From Octopus sinensis (lineage: Eukaryota), in contig NC_042998.1 of the NCBI RefSeq assembly GCF_006345805.1, positions 48,732,001-48,796,000 of the forward strand: a stretch of DNA of 64,000 nucleotides. Reading direction: 5' to 3'. The notes below the pieces were generated by a model, which saw nothing but the letters and a program-made list of their open reading frames with translations, had not been told where the DNA came from and ran no database searches. The translations under genes were made by a program, and so were the position numbers. Positions 12,637-24,191 of this stretch are shown here, one piece after another; position 1 is the stretch's first letter, and each line of letters starts with the position of its first letter.

Positions 12637-13056
12637 CAGCGAGCTGGCAGAAACGTTAGCACGCCGGGCGAAATGTAGAGCCATATTTCGTCTGCCGTAC
12701 GTTCTGAGTTCAAATTCCGCCGAGGTCGACTTTGCCTTTCATCCTTTCGGGGTCGATAAATTAAGCACCAGTTACGCACTGGGGTCGATATAATCGACTT
12801 AATCCGTTTGTCTGTCCTTGTTTGTCCTCTCTGTGTTTAGCCCCTTGTGGGTAGTAAAGAAAAATGTATTTAGTCTGCCGTTACGTTGTGAGTTCAAATT
12901 CCGCCGAGGTCCACTTTGCCTTTCATCCTTTCATCCCTTCGGGGTCGATAAATTAAGTACCAGTTACGCACTGGGGTCGATGTAATCGACTTAATCCCTT
13001 TGACTGTCCTTGTTTGTCCCTTCTATGTTTAGCCCCTTGTGGGCAATAATGAAATA
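12637..13056 (+). mobile_element. SINE family B dimer (full copy plus 5'-truncated copy) within one 13-bp target-site duplication (TSD)
   Basis: TSD AGAAGTGGTCAAT at 12602-12614 and 13057-13069, with an imperfect extra copy at 12620-12632. Confidence 0.85.
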
Positions 13057-13119
13057 AGAAGTGGTCAATGAATGACTCAATAGAAAAAAATCATAAATGT
13101 CATCTCTAATTATTCATCA

Positions 13120-13670
13120 TTCACCCTTTTCCCCACTTTGCGAGCGAGTTCATGCCTATAGATGCCTTCATTCTTGGCTGTTTGACTCCTATCGTGAAGC
13201 ATAGAGGTTTCTCTGTGGTGATTGTTAACCATATCACAGGATTCTCTTGGCCCTTTAGTTGTTCGACATGGCAAAGTTAATGCCAAGGATTATCTGAGTA
13301 TTTTGGATAGTCACGTCCATCATGTATTACATTATCAATTCATGGTAACGTAATGTTCCAGGGCGATCATGCACCGATGCACACGACTTATGTTATTAAA
13401 AGTTAGTATGAACATAACAACAGGGAAGTATATCTCTTGGATCGGCCCACGCAGTCACTGATTTCAATATAATCAAACATTTATGGTGCATTTTGGAGCA
13501 GCTAATGAGGAACTACTTTTCTCCTTTGTCGTTGGTGAAAGAGCTGAAGCAAGTTTTACTTGATAAATTGCTCAACATTCCCCTAACAGCCGTTCAGAGC
13601 CTCTACGTGTCAACTCCTAGATGTATTAAAGATGTAGTTGATACTAAGGATAGATTAACTCAGTATTAAA
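13120..13670 (+). mobile_element. Tc1 (DD34E-type) transposase C-terminal pseudogene fragment
   Basis: GPLVVRHGKVNAKDYLSIL, FQGDHAPMH, RPTQS.DFNIIKHLW, STPRCIKDVV...TQY*; frameshifts and stops. Confidence 0.7.
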
Positions 13671-13730
13671 TTTTTTAAAAAACCTTTCGATCTAAGAGAG
13701 TGTTTTCGTTATTTTGTCCAACCATTGTAT

Positions 13731-13816
<86 letters not shown>

Positions 13817-15230
13817 GTTTCTTTATTGGCCACACAGGGCTGCACACCAATGGGACAAATTACAAGGTAGAGCTTTTCTTTTGGGGGATGAAAAAAACAA
13901 AAAACAAAAAACAAAAGAAACAAAAAAAATGTGGCGTAGGTTTTCGATCAAAAGGGATCGTAAAAGGGAAAAAAGAAAAAGAAAAAAAGGGAAAAAAGGA
14001 AAAGAAACAAAAGAAAAGAAAAAGGAAAAAAGAAGAGAAAAGTGGAAAAAAGGGAAGAGGAAAAAAACGATCAATAGGGATCGTGTATCACAGTATCATG
14101 ATGTACGGTGTAAAGGGGAAAGCAGATAAGGTTTATTCGTGGGAAGAAAAGCCTACGAAAAAGACCACGGTAACCTTGGTCAATATTGTTATATGTTACC
14201 ACATTTATTTGCAAGTGGGTAACCCTCTGTTTTAAATTTATGGGTTCATAGGATTATGCTCAAGGTGGCTTCGTCATTCATACGTGCCATCCTTGCTACA
14301 TTCACCCATCTTTTTTTAAAACATTCGCTAGACAAAACTTGCCTCTCTACTCTCACTTTCCTTTTCAAGTGGTACTTGAAGAAGTTGATGAGAGATTGAC
14401 CAGAGAGGAAAGTGTTTGTCTCTAATCCTTTCAGACGCGTCCACCAGATACATTATTTCGCCATAGCCACAAGGATGATGAAAATAGCTCTTCCTTCCCG
14501 TTTGAAGGAAGGAGGCGTGACAATATTGACGATAGACTCAGCTGATAAACCGACTCGTCCCACACGTGACAGTAGTTGTTCGACATAAGCCAACAGGTCG
14601 GAAATTGTTGGACACTACACGAGTGCGTGCAGAACGGTTTCGTCGCTCTGACCGTATCTCGGGCAGGTCGGCCCCGTGTTTCTCGAGCCGTGTCTGTAGA
14701 GCTTATCCCGAACTGGTAGCGCTTCTCGGTAGCACTGCCAGGCCAGGGATCTCTGGAAGTTGTCCATGGGCCCTGGCCCGAAAGTCGTCCCGAACAGGCG
14801 GGTCAAGTATTCCTCGTCGACGTCCAGGTTCGCCCCGAGCTCGTCGTCGTACCTCCCCTCCACTAATCCCCTATAGAATGCTTTGGTTGTGATGGAGTCA
14901 CTCAAGGTCGACCCAGGACGGCAGAGTTGCTTGAGAGCAACGCGACACTCGCGGTGTCATTCGCCCTTCCTCGGCCTCTTTTTGATCCACGACTGCAGTT
15001 CGGTCATAGAGACGAGCTGCGGGAAAGCGTGCCCCACAAACGGCGACCACACCTGTTCACCGTCGTCTACAAAGAGCCTGAGATGTCGCAGTCTCAGCGC
15101 GTGTCTGCGCATCATCAACCACGGCATGCCCAGTCCTCCTTTTAACGGGTGTTGACAGCAAATGGATCGCCTGACCATCGGGACGCATCCTTTCCACAAG
15201 AAGCGAAAGAGAATGCGTTGTAGTTTGGTG
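13817..15230 (-). mobile_element. 5'-truncated Tx1/L1-clade LINE, copy 1 (ORF2 C-terminus plus 3' UTR, (TATC)n tail)
   Basis: TKLQRILFRFLWKG...KGGLGMP, zinc-finger-like TCPR(Y)[14 protein letters not shown], ...RWVNVARM; premature stops; 3' end CCAATAAAGAAAC followed by TATC repeats. Confidence 0.85.
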
Positions 15231-15265
15231 AGATAGATAGATAGATAGATAGGTAGATAGGTAGG

Positions 15266-15360
<95 letters not shown>

Positions 15361-16252
15361 GTTTCTTTATTGGCCACACAGGGCTGCACACAGATGGGAC
15401 AAGTTACAAGGTAGAGCTTTTCTTTTGGGGAATGAAGAGAACAAAAAACAAAAGAAAAAGAAGGGGGTGGCGTAGGTTTTCGATCAAGAGGGATCGTAAA
15501 AGGGAAGAAAAGAACAAAAAAAATTAAATAAAATAAAAAGAATAAAAGGAAAAAAAAGAAAAAGAAAAGGAACAAAAGGAAAGAGAAATGAAAAAAGAAG
15601 AAAAAAGGGGAAAAAAAGGGGAAGAGGAAAAAAAGAACGATCAATAGGGATCGTGTATCACAGTGTTATGATATGTGGTGTAAAGGGGAAAGCAAATAAG
15701 GTTTATCCGTGGGAAGAAAAGCCTACGAAAAAGACCACGGTAACCTTGGTCAATATTGTTATATGTTACCACATTTGTTTGCAAGTGGGTAACCCTCTGT
15801 TTTCAATTTCTGTGTTCATAGGATTATGCTCAAGGTGGCTTCGTCATTCATACGTGCCATCCTTGCTACATTCACCCATCTTTTTTTAAAACATTCGCTA
15901 GACAAAACTTGCCTCTCTACTCTCACTTTCCTTTTCAAGTGGTACTTGAAGAAGTTGATGAGAGATTGACCAGAGAGGAAAGTGTTTGTCTCCAATCCTT
16001 TCAGACGCGTCCACCAGATACATTCTTTCGCCATAGCCATAAGGATGATGAAAATAGTTCTTCCTTCCCGTTTGAAGGAAGGAGGCGTGACAATATTGAC
16101 GATAGACTCAGCTGATAAACCGACTCGTCCCACACGTGACAGCAGTTGTTCGACATAAGCCCACAGGTCGGAAATTGTTGGACACTGCACGAGTGCGTGC
16201 AGAACGGTTTCGTCGCTCTGACCGCATCTCGGGCAGGTTGGGCAGGTCGGGC

Positions 16253-16254
<2 letters not shown>
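15361..16254 (-). mobile_element. 5'-truncated Tx1/L1-clade LINE, copy 2
   Basis: ORF 15816..16190 ([16 protein letters not shown]...EATLSIIL) and a 3' UTR very similar to copy 1; flanked by (TAGA)n on both sides. Confidence 0.85.
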
Positions 16255-16335
<81 letters not shown>

Positions 16336-16338
16336 AGG

Positions 16339-16374
<36 letters not shown>

Positions 16375-16409
16375 AAGAAAGGTAGATAGATAGATAGATA
16401 GATAGATAT

Positions 16410-16904
16410 GTTTCTTTATTAGCCACACAGGGCTGCACACAGATAGAACAAATTACAAGGTAGAGCTTTTCTTTTGAAGGTATTAAAAAAAAAAAAAAAA
16501 AAAGGAAGGGGGAGGTTCGATCAAAAGGGATCGTAAAAGGAGAGAAAGAGGACAAAATAAGGGGGTTTAAAAAAAAAAAAAAAAAGGGGGGGAGAGGAAA
16601 AAAATGATCATAGGGATCGTTATCACAGAAATGTCAATATGAAGTGTAAAGGGGAACAGGTGAGGTTTACCCGTGGAAAGAAAGCCTGCGGAAAGACCAC
16701 GAACCTCGGTCAATGAAGTCACATTTTATATTTCTTTTTTTTTTTTTTTTTTTTTGCAATAAGCAACTCTCTGTTTTTCGATTTCTGGGTATCAGGACTA
16801 TGCTCAAGGTGGCTTCGTCATTCATACGTGCCATTCTTGCTACATTCACCCTCTTTTTTTAAAACATTCGCTAGACAAAACTTGCCTCTCTACTCTCACT
16901 TTCC
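16410..16904 (-). mobile_element. 5'-truncated Tx1/L1-clade LINE, copy 3 (different 3' UTR subfamily)
   Basis: Same ORF2 end (MNVARMARMNDEATLSIVL) and 3' terminus but a divergent UTR interior; flanked by (TAGA)n on both sides. Confidence 0.8.
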
Positions 16905-16905
16905 T

Positions 16906-16955
<50 letters not shown>

Positions 16956-17666
16956 GCATACATGTGTGTATGTATATGTATATATATATACACACACACA
17001 CACATAGTAAAATATATGGAGCGTGCGTCTATGAGTGTACGTGAGTGTGTGTGTGTGTGTGAGCTGGCGTACTGGTGTGTATATGAGTGGGCGTGCATGT
17101 GTGGTGGTGTTATATAATTGATCAGGGAATAGATACGTAATATTTATAACAATCGTTCGATTGTTCTTGAAATGGTTCGAACAACAATGTGAGCACTGAC
17201 CATACTGAAGTGCCACCTTAAGTACATCATCTTGTCATGTTTAATGTTTGCTTTTCTGGTTTTTCACTCTCGTTTGTATCCGTTTGTAATTGACGTATCG
17301 CTTCGCTATTGGAGTCTGCTCTATAACAATGTATCGATTATCTTCTGCTAACGATGGTTAAGTCTGGGACGTGAAAGAGAAATATATCTAGATAATGTTT
17401 AAATTCTTCAACAGGAGCCAACTTTACATTTCCCATTCGTCTACATAAATATTAAATGAATGCTGTCTTTTAAAATGAAGATGATAATAATATAGCGTTT
17501 TAACTTGATTCTTTTGCAAGAAGAACCTTGGAAGTTGACAGTATATTTTTTGGGGTTTTTTTTTTCATGATATTCATTTGATCACGTATAAAAAATTTTA
17601 GTACTTAAAGCCTTGAGAATATTCCTATTATCGGTAATGGTGCGCTTCTTTTCTTGTGTTCTACAG

Positions 17667-17676
17667 CACAAGGATT
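17667..17676 (+). other. Candidate 10-nt microexon CACAAGGATT
   Basis: Strong acceptor cttcttttcttgtgttctacAG followed 10 nt later by donor GTGAGT; no other support. Confidence 0.2.
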
Positions 17677-17851
17677 GTGAGTTTAATGTGTTTCAAGTAG
17701 TCTTGGCGTTTTACCACTGCTATTTTCCCTCGTAAAAAGGTCTTTGTTGATTTTCTTGAGAATACTTTGTTTTTTCTAAAGTTATAACGTGTAATCAACA
17801 TATTTACACACACACGCGCACACACAAACACACACACACATATATACATAC

Positions 17852-17884
<33 letters not shown>

Positions 17885-17926
17885 TATATAATATAATATA
17901 TATATATACATATATTATATATACAT

Positions 17927-17971
<45 letters not shown>

Positions 17972-18040
17972 TACATATATATATACATATTACATATATA
18001 TATACATATATATATACATATATATATACATATATATATA

Positions 18041-18163
18041 TTGGCCTGCTCGCTTAGCCAGCGGGTGGCGTCATTTGAAGGCTAAAACAATGCCAAGCGC
18101 TTTGTGACCAGCGATGTGTAGCTACACATCTGATAGCCTGGTCGGTCACGGTGATCACGGTGA
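18041..18163 (+). mobile_element. 3' part of SINE family C with RTE-like tail, inside (TA)n
   Basis: TGTGACCAGCGATGT...GCCTGGTCGGTCACGGTGATCACGGTGA; matches 53211-53511 and the RTE 3' end. Confidence 0.8.
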
Positions 18164-18188
18164 TATATATATACATATATATATATAT

Positions 18189-18226
<38 letters not shown>

Positions 18227-18325
18227 TATAGTTAATCCAAACATGAACAAGGAGAAAATACAACGCAAGAACGTGGAACAAGTATAGTGTTGTTGGGCGC
18301 TCAAGAAAGGAAAGAAAGAAGGAGG

Positions 18326-18360
18326 ATTTAACGTTTCGAGCGGAGCCCTTCGTCAGAAAC
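18326..18360 (-). ncRNA. Minimal type I hammerhead ribozyme motif in a short Penelope-like unit (about 18230-18440)
   Basis: Minus strand GUUU CUGACGAA GGGC-UCC-GCUC GAAA CG UU AAAU; intact CUGANGA and GAAA core; homologous to the 10081-10240 unit. Confidence 0.65.
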
Positions 18361-18801
18361 ATTGAAAAAAGAAAGGTCCAAGGAAGGGAAGACGGAGAAA
18401 GAAAATCGCCAATGATACACACGCGGTCACATATTGAAATGACCGGAAGGGAATGGGTGAAGAAAAAGTACTTTCAAAGACAGGAGATTGCAAGAGAAGG
18501 AGGTATGTGCGTGGGCGCAGGTCTGTGTGTGTGTATGTATGTATGTAATGATTGCACGTGTGCCTCTGTGTGTGTGTGTGGTTGTGGCTGTTTATCTATG
18601 TGTGTGGTTGGGCTTAGTATCGTTTACGGTCATAGGAAGAATTTATAGTAAGAATTTTGGTAGGAGTGGCTGTCTGTTGTGTGTTTACTTCCACACGTGC
18701 GTAGGAGAATAGTCAGTATAGGTACTGGTAGTTCGATTTATGTGTGTGTGCGTGTATGTATATGTAGTGTGTGTGTGTGTATGTATGTGTGTATGTGTGT
18801 A

Positions 18802-18865
<64 letters not shown>

Positions 18866-19269
18866 ACCAACGTTAAGGAAATTCAGGATCTACCCTGATG
18901 GTTTACTACACTTTAGTGTCAGATAATTAACTTTTGATGAGGAAAACTGCATTACTAGTGATAGGTATGCTCACATTCCAGCCTGCTTCCGTTTGTTTTG
19001 GATCGATTCATTACCCGGGTGTGATTCATTATTTTCTCTTCAGTTTATAAACTATGGAACATCTTTGAATTGATCTTTATGCTTCGATGGCGCACGCAGT
19101 CGTATATAAAGTTTACGTTTAGCTGTAGGGTTTACCATTAGATTTAAAGAGGGCACACTCTTATACTTACATCGCCTACAAGTATTATGTCTTTCATCGC
19201 AATAAATCATTGAAAGTTCTGATGATGTGTCAAATGCAGCACGGCAGCTCTGGTGGACTTGTGTTCCAA

Positions 19270-19500
19270 TTTAAATATTGGTTCCAAATTTTGGTAGAAG
19301 GCCAGCAATTTTGGGATTACATCGACCCTAATGCTCAACTGGTGCTTATTTTATCGACCCCCGAAATGATGAAAGGCAAAGTTAACCTCAACAGAAATTG
19401 AACTCAGAATGTAAATACTGACGAAATGCCGGTAAGCATTTTATGCCGTGAGCATTTTGCCAGCTCGCCGCCTTATCCCGGTTGAAATATTGACACCAAA
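19270..19500 (-). mobile_element. Degraded SINE family B copy
   Basis: GATGAAAGGCAAAGTTAACCTC...TTGAACTCAGAATG...GCCAGCTCGCCGCC. Confidence 0.7.
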
Positions 19501-19971
19501 TTTTCGCACAAGGCCATATTGCAGTTGAAATATAAGCAGAACTGAGATGTGATTTAACAAGATTATCACCTCATGCATATCATATCTTCTATAAAATAAA
19601 ATAACTACAAATTGCTTTCCTTGCATCTGCACATACATGTTCAGGTCTGGAGAAAATCTTTTTTTTTTTTTGAAGACAAGCAGTTGTTACGCAGTAAAGT
19701 CTCTCCTCTCCACACCACCTATGCTTGACGAAAGGGCAGGCCACTGACCTGGTCCTAATATCTCATCCGGCTCTTTAACACTTCCGCCAATCCACCACCC
19801 AGGATTAGTAGATCTTTATGGGTATGAGAGATTCTGGCACAGCCGTTTTGCCACCGCCCATTTGGCGTAGCTGATTTGACATTAATTTATTTGATATTAG
19901 ACGTTTTAATGTTCTTTTCATTTTAATGTCTCTCTCTTTCTCTCTCTTCTCTTTCTTTCTCTCTCTCTCTT

Positions 19972-20002
<31 letters not shown>

Positions 20003-20044
20003 GCTTATGTGTGTGAGCGTTTGGTTATGTTTGTAGGTACCGTG

Positions 20045-20330
20045 AAGACGCGTGGCTTAATAGTTAATGGTATCCGGCTCACGATCGTAAGGTCCTGGGT
20101 TCGATACCCGGCGGCGCGTTGTGTCCTTGAGCAAGACGCTTATTTCACGTTGCTCCAGTTCACTCACCTGGCGAAAATGAGTACTACTTGGAATAGTACC
20201 CAGAATTAACTATGTTAAGAGTACACGCGTCTGTGGAGTGCTCAGCCACCTGCACGTTAATTCCACGAGCAGGTTGTTCCGTTGTTCGGATCAACTGGAA
20301 CCCGCGTTGTCGTAACTAACGAAGTACCAC
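20045..20330 (+). mobile_element. SINE family D head/body with the GGATCAACTGGAACCC tail module
   Basis: Head GCGTGGCTTAATAGTTA...TTGAGCAAGACGCTTATTTCACGTTGCTCCAG; tail shared with 48560-48685. Confidence 0.75.
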
Positions 20331-20439
20331 TTTGTATGTATCTATCTGTATGTGTATATTTCTGCGCGCGTGAGTGTATCTCTGTGTCTTTGCCTCCAGT
20401 ATCAATACATACTGTCACTCAAACAGATTGAATTTCCAG

Positions 20440-20600
20440 TAAGTCATGCCAAATCCTCAGCATCCAAACATCTGCACCTTCTCATCTCGGAAAGGATGAA
20501 AGGCAAAGTTGACCTCTATTGTATTGGAACTCAGACTAAGGAGAGCCGGAATGAATACTGCGGGACAACTCTCTCAGAACTCTGCTAATTCGCCACCTTC
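20440..20600 (-). mobile_element. Degraded SINE family B fragment
   Basis: GGATGAAAGGCAAAGTTGACCTC...GAACTCAGA motif. Confidence 0.55.
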
Positions 20601-20750
20601 CACAGACTTTTATAGAAACAGAAACAATACTGTACAGCGTTCATTGCTTCCTGAAAGATCAAAGTGGAGTACGTGGCATCGCCCCCAGCGGAGTGTTAAT
20701 ACAAGGGAGATAATCATTTCTTCCTGATATTTTCCAGGATTAGAAGTCTG

Positions 20751-21124
20751 GGATCTTTACCTTTTGACCGAAAAATTTTAAAATAATTTTTTTGTGACTA
20801 AACGTTTTCAAACCTCGTATACAAACGTAACTAAGATTAAGTATGTCATAAATAACAGTGACAAGCGAAATATACACCACCAGAAGTTGTTGTTGACAAA
20901 CAACAGCAGTAATTTTATTCAGCTGAATACACGTCATTGATTGGTTGAAATTACCGAAATACGACACCTTTAACAAAAAATAACTTCCAAAATACAGAAT
21001 TTTCTCAACAACGCCAAGAGTAAAAGATGTTTTATGTAACACATTCTACCAGTATACGAAGTTTGAAAGTGTTTAGTTACAAAAAAAATATTATTTAAAT
21101 CTGTCGGTCAAAAGGTAAAGATCC
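20751..21124. mobile_element. 374-bp MITE with about 72-bp TIRs and an 8-bp TSD, possibly Merlin-type
   Basis: GGATCTTTACCTTTTGACCGA... / ...TCGGTCAAAAGGTAAAGATCC; TSD GAAGTCTG (20743-20750) / GAAGTTTG (21125-21132); 5'-GG termini. Confidence 0.8.
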
Positions 21125-21730
21125 GAAGTTTGAATATGAAATTAAGAAGAATAAGGAAAGAAATGCATGGAATACACGTATCCAATGGAAAAATTGAAGC
21201 AAAATCGCTCCAACCGAGAATCGAAATTTATATCACAGCCTCAGTTCGCTGCAAGTTTACTTCTTTCTCCACGATACTGCTACAATGATCTTGTATACTA
21301 TTAGTACAAAGAGAAAAGAGGAAGAGAAATATTCTCAACCAATTTGCTTCAGAAGCTGTATAAAAACAAAAATTTTCAGATGCCAAGCATTGGTTCAAGA
21401 ATACCGATATAAAACTCAATTGCCAAGATTAGCATAAAAATGGCCCCACGCATGTAAAGAATGAAGTTATGAGAACTTTTATTAATCTTGACATTCCACA
21501 GTGAGACCAATGCGTAGCAGTTCTATTAGGCAGGAAGAATTTTGGGGAAGCTATTTCGGAATATAAATAATACTAAAGAATAATTGGTAGTATGAGTCTT
21601 CATTTGTTTTTATGTTCTTCATTATTTGATTCATTCTTTTTCTACACGTTCGTTTTACATTCTTATTTTTCTTCCTTCATTTCACATCGTATTTATATTA
21701 CGTTACAATTATTATTATCATTACTATTAC

Positions 21731-21763
<33 letters not shown>

Positions 21764-21764
<1 letters not shown>

Positions 21765-22192
21765 ATTGAGTGAGAGGGAAAGGCATGCCATCAAAGTGAC
21801 ACTGGGGTAAAATATACAAAGCCCAGTATACCCATCATGACTACCCGTCTGATAAGGTTACACCAGGCACATGCATCACAACCATATGTGCGCGACTTGG
21901 TGATCTCATATCAAGATAAACAGCACATGACCTTGCAGGTGCGGCCTAGATGGAATTTTCTTCAGGTTGAGTAACCCATCCCACTCAAATGGTCCTTGCT
22001 TAAAGATGTTGAATGAAACACCCACGTTTCCAGAGGTAAATTATTCAAACTCCAGAGAATCTCTCTGAACGCATGGCTATGATGCTCGAAATACGCATAT
22101 CGTCAGCCACCTAAGGACATGCTGAACTGGTTAAGGTCAAACAACTTACAAGCAAATCTGTATTATAGAACAGAATATTTGCTGTAGCCCAT
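21764..22192 (-). mobile_element. Probable 3' fragment of a non-LTR retrotransposon with a (TAA)n tail, embedded in (TAA)n
   Basis: Non-microsatellite 430-bp segment flanked on both sides by long TAT/TAA arrays; no coding motif left; clade (R4/Dong-like) is inferred only from context. Confidence 0.45.
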
Positions 22193-22214
22193 ATTATTAT
22201 TATTATTATTATTA

Positions 22215-22250
<36 letters not shown>

Positions 22251-22264
22251 CATCATCATCATTG

Positions 22265-22470
22265 TTAAGGCGGCGAACTGGCAGAACTGTTACCTCGCGG
22301 ATAAAATGCTTAGCAGCATTTCTTCTGACGCTGCGTTCTGAGTTCAAATGTCGCCGAGGTCGACTTTGCCTTTCATACTTTCGGAATCAATAAATTAAGT
22401 ACCAGTCAATGACTGGGGTCGGCATGATCGTCTTACCTCCTCTACACAAATTTCAGGGCTTGTGCCTCTT
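22265..22470 (+). mobile_element. SINE family B copy
   Basis: GGCGGCGAACTGGCAGAAC...GGTCGACTTTGCCTTTCAT. Confidence 0.75.
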
Positions 22471-22487
22471 GTAGAAATAATAATAAT

Positions 22488-22532
<45 letters not shown>

Positions 22533-22771
22533 AATAATAATAATAATAATAATAATTATTATTATTATTATTATTATTATTATCATCATCATCATCATCA
22601 TTATTAATGAATTTATTTATTTATTTATTTATTTATTTTGATGAATATACACGTACCAGTACGTGTATATTCATCGTTATATTTATTTTATCCGATTTGG
22701 GATTTTGTACGCAACTTTTGGCTCTCCCAGTATATTGAGTGTGCAGTTACGGCAAAATATGCATACATACA

Positions 22772-22822
<51 letters not shown>

Positions 22823-22830
22823 GCACACAT

Positions 22831-23045
22831 TCGAGGGGTTACTGAAAAGTTCCTGGCTTTAAGGGTATCGAGGAAAAACCTGGTTGGAGGCCCAACCTCC
22901 AGAGGTTTTATGCATGGTTTAGAAACCTGAAGGACTGCTGCAATAAGAGTGAGAATCTGAGAGGGAAATATGTTAAATAAAATAATTAAGTAATCCTCTT
23001 GTATTTTCTTTTACCCACAGCCAGAAACTTTCCCGCACACTTTTA
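22831..23045 (+). mobile_element. Degenerate mariner-derived MITE
   Basis: Left TIR TCGAGGGGTTACTGAAAAGTTCCTGGCT, degenerate right TIR AGCCAGAAACTTTCCCGCACACTTTTA; internal remnant FRNLKDCCNKSENLRGKYVK* resembling a mariner C-terminus. Confidence 0.55.
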
Positions 23046-23345
23046 TATATTTGCCGAGAACCCCATCGGTCATGACGGAACATGGGATTGCACCTAGGAA
23101 GTTACCCTCCCAAGGTTGTTTATGGAATACCTGCAGTCGCCCAGCCTCGCCTCTCCACGCCACCGATGTTATCCAACGGAAAGTCAAGGGCCGATACGGC
23201 TTTCCACCTGTTACGTCGCGACTCATTTCTACAGCTGAGTGAACTGGAGCAACGTGAAATAAAGTGTCTTGCTCAAGAACAAAACACGCAGCCCAGTCCG
23301 AGATTGTATGTATGATAGATACATCACTGAGCCATGCGCCTTCAC
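23046..23345 (-). mobile_element. SINE family D copy with a third tail module (also at 56940-57275)
   Basis: GAGTGAACTGGAGCAACGTGAAAT...CTTGCTCAAGAACA body; tail GGGATTGCACCTAG.AAGTTACCCTCC. Confidence 0.7.
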
Positions 23346-23387
23346 TTCTCATATATATATTATATATATATATATCTATATATATAT

Positions 23388-23419
<32 letters not shown>

Positions 23420-23422
23420 ATA

Positions 23423-23653
23423 TACTTACTTTACTTTACTTTTACTTGTTTCAGTCATTTGACTGAAGCCATGCTGGAGCACCGCCTTTAGTCGAGCAAA
23501 TCGACCCCGGGACTTATTCTTTGTAAGCCCAATACTTATTCTATCGGTCTCTTTTGCCGAACCGCTAAGTGACGGGGACATAAACACACCAGCATCGGTT
23601 GTCAAGCAATGCTAGGGGGACAAATACAGGCACACAAACATATACATACATAT

Positions 23654-23711
<58 letters not shown>

Positions 23712-24120
23712 TACGACAGGCTTCTTTCAGTTTCCGTCTACCAAATCCACTCACAAGGCATTGGTCGGCCCGAGGCTATAGCAGAAGACACTTGCCCAAG
23801 GTGTCACGCAGTGGGACTGAACCCGGAACCATGTGGTTGGTAAACAAGCTACGTACCACACAGCCACTCCTGCGCCTATATATATATATATAATATATAA
23901 TATACTTACTTTACTTTACTTTTACTTGTTTCAGTCATTTGACTGAAGCCATGCTGGAGCACCGCCTTTAGTCGAGCAAATCGACCCCGGACTTATTCTT
24001 TGTAAGCCCAATACTTATTTATCGGTCTCTTTTGCCGAACCGCTAAGTGACGGGGACATAAACAACACCAGCATCGGTTGTCAAGCAATGCTAGGGGGAC
24101 AAATACAGGCACACAAACAT

Positions 24121-24191
<71 letters not shown>

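Noticed and set aside
19690-19870. GC-richer patch with minus-strand KDLLILGGGLAE (Rossmann-like) and CCAAT/GC-box-like motifs
   Set aside because: The GxGxxG motif is incomplete, the frame is short and there is no splice support
21300-21490. Minus-strand hydrophobic peptide ILEPMLGI*KFLFLY resembling a rhomboid segment
   Set aside because: Multiple stops, no catalytic motifs and no splice support; likely chance in AT-rich DNA
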